Of a stretch of DNA of 42,222 bases, positions 23,094 to 30,883 are shown in pieces; the stretch's first letter is position 1; each line of letters starts with the position of its first letter. Made by a program: the position numbers and the translations under genes. Under the pieces are notes generated by a model. The model was not told the DNA's origin. It saw nothing but the letters and a program-made list of their open reading frames with translations, and searched no databases. The stretch comes from a virus: positions 1 to 42,222 of IMG/VR virus record IMGVR_UViG_3300039008_000002. One strand, written 5' to 3'.

Positions 23094-23213
23094 TCAGCCC
23101 CCCATCAGCAGGGTTTTCAGCTCGGACACGGCCCAGCCGGTGATCTCGGCCAGACGGCGCAGCGTCAGGTCAGGGTTCATGTCGTACAGGTCGATGATTT
23201 GCTCAGGGGTCAT
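23094..23213 (-). CDS. 39-aa HTH-like peptide
   Basis: MTPEQIIDLYDMNPDLTLRRLAEITGWAVSELKTLLMGG. This ATG has a strong TAGGAG RBS, whereas the longer track ORF has none. Confidence 0.4.
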   Translation of the reverse strand: MTPEQIIDLYDMNPDLTLRRLAEITGWAVSELKTLLMGG

Positions 23214-23304
23214 GGTTTCAGCTCCTATGTTTGGTTGGCTCATCAGTGACCGGGACCCACCCGGCCAGACGCCCCTTGCGGAGCGTTTCGCCTTTGATGC
23301 CACG

Positions 23305-23316
23305 TTGCATTGATCA
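23305..23316 (-). promoter_or_regulatory. Conserved motif TGATCAATGCAA (copy c); its TGA is the stop of the 251-aa early gene
   Basis: Minus strand TGATCAATGCAACGTGGCATCA. Confidence 0.5.
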
Positions 23317-24069
23317 AGCCGCAACAAGTTCCTTGGCTTTGCGCTTGGCCCCGCCATGGGCCACGATTGCGACCGACTTTGCCTTGACGCTGTTGCCAGC
23401 GCAGAGACCGCATTTGTCGCACTGGACCCGCTTGCCCATTTCTTCGCTGGCAGGGCAAAGGAACTCGCGTTTCTTGTCCATGTCGGCCACGTCAGCGATC
23501 ACCCGGAATGTGCGTTCACCGCGCATCCATGCCTCTGCAGCTTGGCCCTTGCTTTCCGCACTGGTCATGTAGAGCTTGGCCGACGTGTCAGCCGATGCGA
23601 CCCCGTTCTGGTGGGTGTAGGCCGTCCAGCCCTTGGCGTCCTCGATCAGGCTTTCCCAGATGTAGCTTGGCACTGCAGCACCATCGCCATACGTGCCAAT
23701 CCGCACCATCCGGCCAGCGCCAATTGCCTTGATTGCCTCATGCCCTACCGCGTCAGGGTAGAGACCACGCTGCAAGCCTTTCCACTTCTGCAGTGGGCCA
23801 TGGGCCAAGGTGACGTAGCAGGTGCGATCTTTGGCCGTGCCCTTGTCGCCGTCATGCGCCTTACCACGGTGCGGGCAGGTGCCACAAATGGCGTGGTCTG
23901 CCCCGGTACGGTTGGCGGTGATCGGGTCCATATCGGCCCGCATGATGAAAGTCTGCACCATGCTGCCAGTCTTAGCGTTGCGGCTAGAGACTTGAGCAAT
24001 GGCGACAATCGGCTCCCCGTCAATCAGGGAAGGTCCGCGATAGATGATGAAACTCTCGGCTTTTGCCAT
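23314..24069 (-). CDS. First large early gene: Cys-rich 251-aa protein, hypothetical
   Basis: Internal start MAKAESFIIYRG with a GAGG RBS. Cys clusters CGTCPHRG...CYV and CPASEEMGKRVQCDKCGLC, and a conserved-looking RIGTYGDGAAVPSYIW...GWTAYTHQ. Confidence 0.6.
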   Translation of the reverse strand: MAKAESFIIYRGPSLIDGEPIVAIAQVSSRNAKTGSMVQTFIMRADMDPITANRTGADHAICGTCPHRGKAHDGDKGTAKDRTCYVTLAHGPLQKWKGLQRGLYPDAVGHEAIKAIGAGRMVRIGTYGDGAAVPSYIWESLIEDAKGWTAYTHQNGVASADTSAKLYMTSAESKGQAAEAWMRGERTFRVIADVADMDKKREFLCPASEEMGKRVQCDKCGLCAGNSVKAKSVAIVAHGGAKRKAKELVAA

Positions 24070-24501
24070 GGGATTTACCTCAATTTGGCTGGTGTTTCGC
24101 TGTTGCTGCAGCTCATCAGTGAACCCCGGCAGCGATGCCACGCTGCATAGGTCCAGACACCAGTTTTCGAAGGCGGCGGTGTGTGCCATTGCTCATTCTG
24201 ACGCTAACTCGACAGATAAACCCTCATCAGCCGGGGCGTTGCTACTCCCTTTCCACGTTACGTTTCAGGGCGCGTTGCCGACCGTCCTTCCCTTGTGCCA
24301 TTCTGGGGCTGTCCAGCAGGGTGGGTGTCGCTGGATCGTTGCGGCGCTGTCTGCGTCGTTTCGATGTGATGGTTATCGCCGATGCCAATCTGCATTGCAA
24401 GCACAAATTTCGCATCTACCTGCACTTTTCTTGTAAGCTACTGTTTTTCTTACGTAATCTCCTGCTATTTCTTTTACTACTGCAACAGATACCACGCCAC
24501 A

Positions 24502-24512
24502 TTGCATTGATC
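24502..24512 (-). promoter_or_regulatory. Conserved motif GATCAATGCAA (copy d), non-coding, in the early leader
   Basis: Minus strand AGATCAATGCAATGTGGCGTGG. Confidence 0.45.
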
Positions 24513-24952
24513 TCGGGTAATAGCTCGCGCGTGAGGCTGGGGCTATGGCTGTTGCGTGATTTGCAAGCACAAATGCAGAAGAAAGACAGAAGTGCAGACA
24601 AAGCGCAGCGACGTTGCAACAGCCTCGCGGTGGCCGTCACTTGGGCTGAAACTCGCGCTAATCCGTGCATGAATGGATATGGTATCTAACGCGGAACCCT
24701 GCAGAATAAGGCTTTCCCGCGCCACGATTGCAGGATTGTTGCAGGGCTGTTGCGCGGCGCATGCTTTTCCACAGGTGGGCGGCGGCTCCTTACCCCCAGG
24801 GGGGGATCGCAGCGCCAGCCTATATCGGTAAGCTGATCACATTTTTCACCCCAAAACATCTCGGGTGGTAGCCTGCGATAACCCGCACAGGCGACGGGAG
24901 ACACTGATCACCTCCTTTCAAGGGCTTTCCACGAGGAGGGGATGAAGCAGGT

Positions 24953-25115
24953 GGTCAAGCTGTTGCTACCACATAAGTGGTCAAGCTGTAGCTATTCCCT
25001 ATTGCTATGTGCCTCACGGAGGGTAGGCTGTTAAGCCTTCCCCGGAGTGAGGCGGGAGGCTTCCACGAGGAGGGGTCTGTCCCCCTAGCCATTCGCAACT
25101 GGTCAAGCTGTTGCT
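24953..25115. repeat. Three copies of GGTCAAGCTGT(T/A)GCT interleaved with two copies of TTCCACGAGGAGGGG
   Basis: 15-mers at 24953-24967, 24979-24993 and 25101-25115. Second family at 24927-24941 and 25061-25075. A 42-nt imperfect hairpin (25011-25052) lies between them. Confidence 0.75.
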
Positions 25116-25151
25116 TCTCTCTATAGGTATAGCAACGGCCCAGCATTTGCA

Positions 25152-25167
25152 ATGGTGGTCCCTAATT
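25152..25167 (-). promoter_or_regulatory. Phage-RNAP promoter core (start of the early leader, after terL)
   Basis: Minus strand AATAATTAGGGACCACCATTGCAAA. Confidence 0.75.
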
Positions 25168-25214
25168 ATTCCCTTGTTATATCAAAGGCTTAGAGACCAC
25201 CACCTCGTAAGAAC

Positions 25215-26993
25215 TTAGGCGTCAGTCCAGCTGAGGTCTTCACCGTAGTAATTCCCAGCGATTTCAATGGCTTGCTCTGGAGATGCCCCCAGTGCCAGCG
25301 CATCGAGGCTGATACCGATGTTCCCATGGAAGATTGCCAGCTCTGCATCGAGGATCATCTCCTCACGCTGCTGCATCTTCTCTTCCTCGTCCTGACCCAT
25401 CTGTTCGACCCAGTAGGCCACAGCGATGGACAGAGCGTCCACACGGTCGTCGTACGCAAGCGCACCACGGTCCTTGGTCATACGGCTGATCTGGTACATC
25501 AGCTGACGCTTCACGGCCTGCTCCGGTGGGTACTGCTTGGTCAGCTCCTGATCGCGTTGGATCACGGTAGGACAGAAGACGAGCTTGTGCTGGTTCATGA
25601 CAGGCTCAAGCGTGTCGATGATCCGCAGCTCCTTCTGCTTGTTGTGCCGCACCTCTTCCACGGACATGTTGTATCCCACCTTCTTGAGGAAGGGGGTGAA
25701 GAGGCGAGTGAACATGCCGTCACCGAAGTTGCTCTCGATGATACCCAGGTTGCACTTGTTCCGCTTGGCGATGTTTGCCAGCTCAAGCATGACCTGGTCC
25801 TCATAGCCACCCTGTAGGCCACCGGCTTCGGTGACGAACAGCTGGCCGTTGAGCATCTTCACGACAGCGTACGTGGTCTCGTCCTTGCCCCGGCCCGAGG
25901 GGTCGATAGCGATGACAGAGCCTTCGTACTTCACCCAGTCCCCGACCACGGCTGCAGGACGGTGGTAGCGGTCCCCATTGAGGCCCACACAGGCGATGTC
26001 CTCGATCCGGTAGTTCCGGTCCCCAGACCAGATGACCCTCTCAGGGGCCGTCTCAGGGTTCAGGGAGGTGACAACCAGATCACGCAGCTTGAGCGGATAC
26101 TTGTCAGCATCACTCAGGCGAGTGTCGAGCATGAACTGCAGGGCGAAGCCAGAGCGTCCATACGACAGCTCACGCTCCAGCAGGTCCTCGTCGTCGAAGC
26201 GGACGGGATCGACTGGCTCACGTTCAGCTGCACCCTTCTCCATGAGTGCCACCACAGACGGAGCGAGGCGGTCGCCATAGCTCGTAGCCAGTGCTTTGGC
26301 ATCAGGGATGCGGGAAGGCCAGATGCGGACTTCATAGCCACGGTTCGGCAGGTCGTTGTACAGGCTCTCTTCGGTCTGAGGAGTGCCGAGGTACTTCACG
26401 GTGCCACCGGGCTTGAGAACAGCATCGAACTCCTTCACACGCTCCGACAGCTTGTCGCGCATGCTCTGGGTCTCGGAGTTGTTCGGGACTTCCACGTCGT
26501 CGGCGATGATCTCATCAGCACGACCACCAGTCAGCTGGCCGAAGATGCCCACGGACTTCACCGAGGGAGAGTGGTCAGGCCGGGACGGGCCGACATCAAA
26601 GGCGATCTTCGACTGCCGTTGGTCAGCAGTAGGTTGCAGGTGCTGTAGGATTGGCATCTCGCTGATGAGACGCAGTGTGAAGGTGGAGAACTGGTCAGCC
26701 CTTTCCTTCGATGCTGAGACCACCATGATCTTCAGCTGAGGGTTCCGCAGTAGACGCCAGCAGACGTACGCTGAGGTGATCCAGCTCTTGCCGACACCAC
26801 GGAACGCTTCGATGATGAGGCGGCGTGGGCCGTGTTGCAGGTACGTGGCGATGTCCATCTGTACCCAGGTTGGCGACGGTAGAAGCAGGTGCTTCCACAC
26901 GAGGATCAGGAAGTAGCGGAAGTCCTCGAAGACACGCCAGTCCTTCTCGGGGTATTCATCACGCCACCACTTCTTGTCGTTCTCTAAGCTCAT
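25215..26993 (-). CDS. terL: Terminase large subunit (T7 gp19-like)
   Basis: Start MSLENDKKWW (GGAG RBS). Walker A-like EAFRGVGKSWITS. Size and last-gene position match T7 gene 19. Confidence 0.9.
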   Translation of the reverse strand: MSLENDKKWWRDEYPEKDWRVFEDFRYFLILVWKHLLLPSPTWVQMDIATYLQHGPRRLIIEAFRGVGKSWITSAYVCWRLLRNPQLKIMVVSASKERADQFSTFTLRLISEMPILQHLQPTADQRQSKIAFDVGPSRPDHSPSVKSVGIFGQLTGGRADEIIADDVEVPNNSETQSMRDKLSERVKEFDAVLKPGGTVKYLGTPQTEESLYNDLPNRGYEVRIWPSRIPDAKALATSYGDRLAPSVVALMEKGAAEREPVDPVRFDDEDLLERELSYGRSGFALQFMLDTRLSDADKYPLKLRDLVVTSLNPETAPERVIWSGDRNYRIEDIACVGLNGDRYHRPAAVVGDWVKYEGSVIAIDPSGRGKDETTYAVVKMLNGQLFVTEAGGLQGGYEDQVMLELANIAKRNKCNLGIIESNFGDGMFTRLFTPFLKKVGYNMSVEEVRHNKQKELRIIDTLEPVMNQHKLVFCPTVIQRDQELTKQYPPEQAVKRQLMYQISRMTKDRGALAYDDRVDALSIAVAYWVEQMGQDEEEKMQQREEMILDAELAIFHGNIGISLDALALGASPEQAIEIAGNYYGEDLSWTDA

Positions 26994-27101
26994 GTAAGCT
27001 CCAGACAGCACGAGACGGCCCCTGCGGTGAGGCAGGAGCTGTCAAGCACTTTGGTTTTGGGTGGTAGGGGCCGTAGCCCCCAGAGGCTCTCCTGAGGCTT
27101 C

Positions 27102-27335
27102 TCAGCTGCCGTAGATCGGGTGGACGTTGCCGCCCAGATCGTCTGGCAATTCGTCGGAGAGAGTTTTGAGGTTGGGGTTCTCAGCGCCGTCGCTGTTGAT
27201 CCCGTTGTCCTTGAGGAACTGGCGGATCACATTGAGGTCTGAGGCGGTCGCATCGCCTTCGCGCAGCTTCTTAGCCATGGCCTCAGCCATAGCGCCGTGC
27301 AGCTCGGCGAGTGCTTCTTCTGATGCTTTGCTCAT
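27102..27335 (-). CDS. terS: Terminase small subunit (T7 gp18-like)
   Basis: 77-aa helical acidic protein immediately before terL. The call rests mainly on position and size. Confidence 0.55.
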   Translation of the reverse strand: MSKASEEALAELHGAMAEAMAKKLREGDATASDLNVIRQFLKDNGINSDGAENPNLKTLSDELPDDLGGNVHPIYGS

Positions 27336-27523
27336 CCTTTACTCCCTGCGTCAGGTTTCAGTCCGAAGATGCGGATACGTGCCCACTCGAAGATGCGAAT
27401 GAGCAACCAGCTCACCGACAGGAAGGCGGCGACCTCGGGAAGCCAGCTGAGGTATGCGGCAAGGGCTGTGCTGCCAGCAGCTACATCCCCGGCGTTCTCA
27501 GCCAGATCACGTTTGGTACTCAT
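27332..27523 (-). CDS. Holin-like small membrane protein (T7 gp17.5 position)
   Basis: 63 aa. Hydrophobic STALAAYLSWLPEVAAFLSVSWLLIRIF followed by a charged tail. ATGA overlaps on both sides. Confidence 0.45.
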   Translation of the reverse strand: MSTKRDLAENAGDVAAGSTALAAYLSWLPEVAAFLSVSWLLIRIFEWARIRIFGLKPDAGSKG

Positions 27524-28038
27524 TCGGAGGTCTCCCCTCGGATGTCGCGGATCAGGATCGGGAAGCCTCGTTCGTCCAGCAGGCCGGTGTTGACCGTGCG
27601 CGGCTGGGCCTCAAGGAACTCGATGATCTGTGGGGTTGCGGGCCGGAAGTGGATCGTCCAGTCGTAGAAGCCACAGCCATCCCGAGCGGCAAGCAGGGAC
27701 TTGGTCAGCCCTTGCTCCCAGTAGTCAGGATGAACGTAGATCATCATCGAACAGGCGACACGTCCGAAGTCGTAGCCGTTGTTGTACAGCCAGAGCTTCA
27801 AGGGGATCGTAGACCCCATGGATAGGATGTGTTCTGCTTTGGTCATGAGACAGAAGCCGATGATCTTATCCCCGTCGAAGGCCACCGTGGCAATATCACC
27901 ACGGCGGCTACCTTCAACGAGATGCTCATGCGGGTACGCTTCCTTGTCGATCTTCTCGTTCACAGCGGAGCCAATGGCCCACAGCTCGTCAAGCCGATCA
28001 GCGAAGGTGTGAAGCGGTGCGATCTCGTAGCGGATCAT
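27520..28038 (-). CDS. Hypothetical 172-aa protein, weak GNAT-acetyltransferase resemblance
   Basis: IIGFCLM...MMIYVHPDYWEQGLTKSLLAA looks like the GNAT beta4-alpha3 region but lacks a clean QxxGxG/A motif. Confidence 0.35.
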   Translation of the reverse strand: MIRYEIAPLHTFADRLDELWAIGSAVNEKIDKEAYPHEHLVEGSRRGDIATVAFDGDKIIGFCLMTKAEHILSMGSTIPLKLWLYNNGYDFGRVACSMMIYVHPDYWEQGLTKSLLAARDGCGFYDWTIHFRPATPQIIEFLEAQPRTVNTGLLDERGFPILIRDIRGETSE

Positions 28039-28041
28039 TTG

Positions 28042-28470
28042 TTACACCTCGATTGTTTGGGCGATGGAGAACAGCTCGTCCATGTCAGCCGTGGACAGAG
28101 AACTGCCATCAGGCCATGTGACGTATTCAGCCAGCGCGTTGAGAAGTGGGCTTGATCGCTTGTAGGTGGAAGCCTCAGCCCAAGCGAGTTGGGTCAATGG
28201 GTCCATCGCAGCGATCAGAGCTTCGACTTGTGCAAGCAACCCCATCTGCAACAGGGCTGCTTTTGCTTGGAGGCGTGTGCAGGTCACTTCCACAACGACA
28301 GGTCCGTCGTCCACGTCAGGGACGTATGCTCCCACCGCGCCGTACTTCCCGGCCACTGCCTCATTGAAGAGAACAGGGTCGGTCCTCGGCTCGATGATCA
28401 TCACGTCGTCATCGCTGACAGTCAGCCTGATCACAGTGCCTTCATCATTCAAGTAAACTGGGTTATACAT
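28042..28470 (-). CDS. Fibre-associated protein (tail-fibre chaperone-like)
   Basis: TAATG overlap with the fibre gene. C-terminal TRLQAKAALLQMGLLAQVEALIAAMDPLTQLAWAEASTYKRSSPLLNAL resembles a helical module common next to phage fibre genes. Confidence 0.4.
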   Translation of the reverse strand: MYNPVYLNDEGTVIRLTVSDDDVMIIEPRTDPVLFNEAVAGKYGAVGAYVPDVDDGPVVVEVTCTRLQAKAALLQMGLLAQVEALIAAMDPLTQLAWAEASTYKRSSPLLNALAEYVTWPDGSSLSTADMDELFSIAQTIEV

Positions 28471-29750
28471 TACCAGCCCTCCGAGTTTGCGCCGCCGCCG
28501 AGAGGGTAGTAGTCGCTACCGTCCGTCAGGAGGCGGAAGTTCTTTATGTAGCCCGTCGTGTTGACGTAGCCCTTACCGCCGTCGAATTGGTTGCCCTTCA
28601 CGCGGGCGTAGATGCGGTCCCCCGGATAGACCGAGACCGAGGAGATCGACTTGTAATCGCCGGTCGTGGAGGTCGTGGTGAACGATTGAAGCAGGGTGTC
28701 GCTCCCGTTCCGCACACGCCGCACCTCCACCGTCGCATTGTACGAGCCATTGCTGGTTCGCAGTGCGCAGGAGATCCGCACGGTTCCTTCTTGGAGGAAG
28801 TAGAAGGAGTACCCAACCCCCCATGACCCGCTCCCACTGCGGCTAACTTCGGTGTCGTAGCGAGCGCGGACTGTCCAACCTGCAGTCAGGGTTCCAACAA
28901 CACCGTCAGCACCTGCAGCACCTGCAGGACCCTGTGCGCCAGTCGCACCTTGAGGGCCAGTCGCACCAGTAGCGCCAGCGGTCCCTTGAGGACCCTGAGG
29001 ACCAGTCGTGCCTTCCCATGTGCCGATGTTGGTGTAGGTGCCAGCACCTGTGACCTGATAGACGTTGCCGTTGGTGTGGTAGTAGATGTCCCCCACGGTC
29101 GAAGCTGTGGAGTACGCACCGACGTTGGAGCCAGTTGCGAACTTGTCACCGTCAGCACCAGCAGGGCCAGCAGGTCCAGTTGCACCTTGGGCACCAGTTG
29201 CACCTTGAGGGCCGGTCGGGCCTTGAGGGCCTGTATCACCAGTCGTACCTTGTGGGCCTTGGATACCTTGGATGCCCTGAGGCCCTTGTGTGCCCTGTGG
29301 TCCTACGAGGTCGGTAAACGCAGGCCATGCCCCGTCGGGTTCTTGGAAGCGGACAGCAGAGGTCGGAGCGTTTGTGCCATTCCCCCACTCATGGTCAGGC
29401 GCTGCACCTGTGTTGCCGACAGGGCCTTCTGGTCCGGTCACACCTTGCGGGCCTTGCAGGCCTTGGTCGCCTTGGACACCCTGAGGGCCAGTCGCACCAG
29501 TTGCACCCGTAGGGCCAGTCGCACCTTGAGGACCTGTTGCACCATCGACGCCGTCTACTCCGTCAGCACCGGCTTGTGCCATGAGCTGCCAGTAGGTGGC
29601 GTTCGAGGGAGCGATCCCTGCGGTCGTTGTGAGGATACAGACATAGCTGCTCCCTTGGTACGTCACAGCGTCGAGCGGGTTGTAGACCGTCACCGCGCTG
29701 TAAGCACCTTTCCAGCCGATACGAACTCGGCCAATGTTGAGTGTTCCCAT
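28470..29750 (-). CDS. Distal tail-fibre protein with three collagen-like G-X-Y tracts
   Basis: 426 aa. The N-terminal [34 protein letters not shown] is a carbohydrate-binding-like repeat. Three G-X-Y runs are followed by a ~150-aa non-repetitive C-terminal domain. Confidence 0.75.
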   Translation of the reverse strand: MGTLNIGRVRIGWKGAYSAVTVYNPLDAVTYQGSSYVCILTTTAGIAPSNATYWQLMAQAGADGVDGVDGATGPQGATGPTGATGATGPQGVQGDQGLQGPQGVTGPEGPVGNTGAAPDHEWGNGTNAPTSAVRFQEPDGAWPAFTDLVGPQGTQGPQGIQGIQGPQGTTGDTGPQGPTGPQGATGAQGATGPAGPAGADGDKFATGSNVGAYSTASTVGDIYYHTNGNVYQVTGAGTYTNIGTWEGTTGPQGPQGTAGATGATGPQGATGAQGPAGAAGADGVVGTLTAGWTVRARYDTEVSRSGSGSWGVGYSFYFLQEGTVRISCALRTSNGSYNATVEVRRVRNGSDTLLQSFTTTSTTGDYKSISSVSVYPGDRIYARVKGNQFDGGKGYVNTTGYIKNFRLLTDGSDYYPLGGGANSEGW

Positions 29751-29753
29751 AGT

Positions 29754-30827
29754 TTACACCGTTGTTACTGAGAGGTTTCCATCAGCGTCGATGCTGAAAT
29801 CATTGTCGTTTGCTTGCCCGTAGTATTCGATCTGCAGGACACCATCGGACGAGATCGAGAAGGCACCGAATGCCAGCCCGAGCGGGGTAGCCCCCATCGG
29901 CCCTTGGTCGCCGCGCGGCCCCTTGTCGCCAGTATCTCCGGGGAGACCTTGGACACCTTGAGGGCCAGCGACACCTGTGTTGCCTTGGATGCCTTGCGGT
30001 CCCTGTGAGCCAGTCGGGCCGGTAGCTCCGGTCGGACCTTGGAGACCAGTGGGACCTTGTAGGCCGGTGGGACCTTGAATGCCTTGGACACCGCGCGGAC
30101 CAGTCGGACCCATAGGACCTTGTGCGCCTTCGGGGCCGAGGATGCCTTGGTCGCCTTTCGGACCTTGGATACCCTGCACACCTTGGATGCCTTGAGGGCC
30201 AGTAGGACCAAGCGGGCCAGCAGGACCTTCGGGACCGGCGGGACCCTGAGGCCCTTCCGATAGATGGAAGCGCAGGATGCCGTTGGCCTTGTCCACTTCG
30301 ACATAGCCGTCCTGTCCCCATGGCAGTTGCTCCACCACGGTCGTCATGTTGGCGAGGTTGTCGAGGATCAGCCGTGCCTCGTCGAGACTGGCTTCCCCGT
30401 ACTGTGTCAGGTAGGCCTTACTCACGGCATCGCCGTCGAGGATAGCATCAGCCACGTTCATGACACGCCGGTCGAGCGCATCGTATTGGCCGTTGAGGGC
30501 GACACCCATCGTCTCGCTGAGGAAGTCTTCTGCTTCCTGTGCAACGAACACAGCCTGCATTGAGGAGGTGTCGAGGTCGTCCTCGGTCAGGGTCTCACCG
30601 TCGTTGAAGTCCACCAGCCGTTGGCGAGGTGTTTGACGTACGATGCGGACCTTGGTGCCGTAAGGCGGGGCGGGTGTGACTGAAAGCGAGGATGCGTTCA
30701 ACCACGAGAAGTTGGTTTCGACCTCCTGAACGAAGACCTTCACATGGGTCTTGTCGAGGTAATCGAAGGAGAAGTTGAAGATGGTCTGTGCGCCATCTCC
30801 TGTGTAGTCAACATATGCGTTAGCCAT
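29754..30827 (-). CDS. Tail fibre, T7 gp17 N-terminal adaptor domain plus ~40 uninterrupted G-X-Y triplets
   Basis: [24 protein letters not shown]...[17 protein letters not shown] parallels the T7 gp17 N-terminus. It continues as [22 protein letters not shown]...GDQGPMG. Confidence 0.85.
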   Translation of the reverse strand: MANAYVDYTGDGAQTIFNFSFDYLDKTHVKVFVQEVETNFSWLNASSLSVTPAPPYGTKVRIVRQTPRQRLVDFNDGETLTEDDLDTSSMQAVFVAQEAEDFLSETMGVALNGQYDALDRRVMNVADAILDGDAVSKAYLTQYGEASLDEARLILDNLANMTTVVEQLPWGQDGYVEVDKANGILRFHLSEGPQGPAGPEGPAGPLGPTGPQGIQGVQGIQGPKGDQGILGPEGAQGPMGPTGPRGVQGIQGPTGLQGPTGLQGPTGATGPTGSQGPQGIQGNTGVAGPQGVQGLPGDTGDKGPRGDQGPMGATPLGLAFGAFSISSDGVLQIEYYGQANDNDFSIDADGNLSVTTV

Positions 30828-30883
30828 GCACCATCAGCCCACCCCTTCGCAGGGGCAGGCTCCTCTTCGGTTTGTTGTTGAGA

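Larger units (their letters stand above)
24070..25151 (-). promoter_or_regulatory. ~1.08-kb non-coding early leader (probable location of the physical genome ends and host-RNAP early promoters)
   Basis: No convincing ORF. The position between terL and the first early gene is equivalent to the T7 left end. Contains the repeat families listed under findings. Confidence 0.6.

Noticed and set aside
24686-24904. 72-aa ORF behind the 13-nt perfect Shine-Dalgarno as a real protein gene
   Set aside because: The Trp/Cys/Arg/Pro-rich, unprotein-like composition and the internal hairpins argue against a folded protein. The ribosome-binding site is reported as a finding, but the CDS is not annotated.
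24953-25115. GGTCAAGCTGTTGCT repeats as a CRISPR array
   Set aside because: There are only three copies, one imperfect, with irregular spacing (11 and 107 nt between units). No cas genes are present, and the repeats are only 15 nt long.
24927-25115. The GCTTGAC boxes (also at about 27040 and 20963) as canonical sigma70 promoters
   Set aside because: None of the three leader copies or the terS-terL copy has a recognisable -10 hexamer 16-18 nt downstream. The MarR-region copy has TATATT at only 11-12 nt. They are kept as unexplained repeats, not called promoters.
28470-30827. Collagen-like repeats as a diversity-generating retroelement target or template pair
   Set aside because: There is no reverse transcriptase gene anywhere in the genome and no adenine-specific mismatch pattern between repeat copies. 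The periodicity is fully explained by G-X-Y coding.
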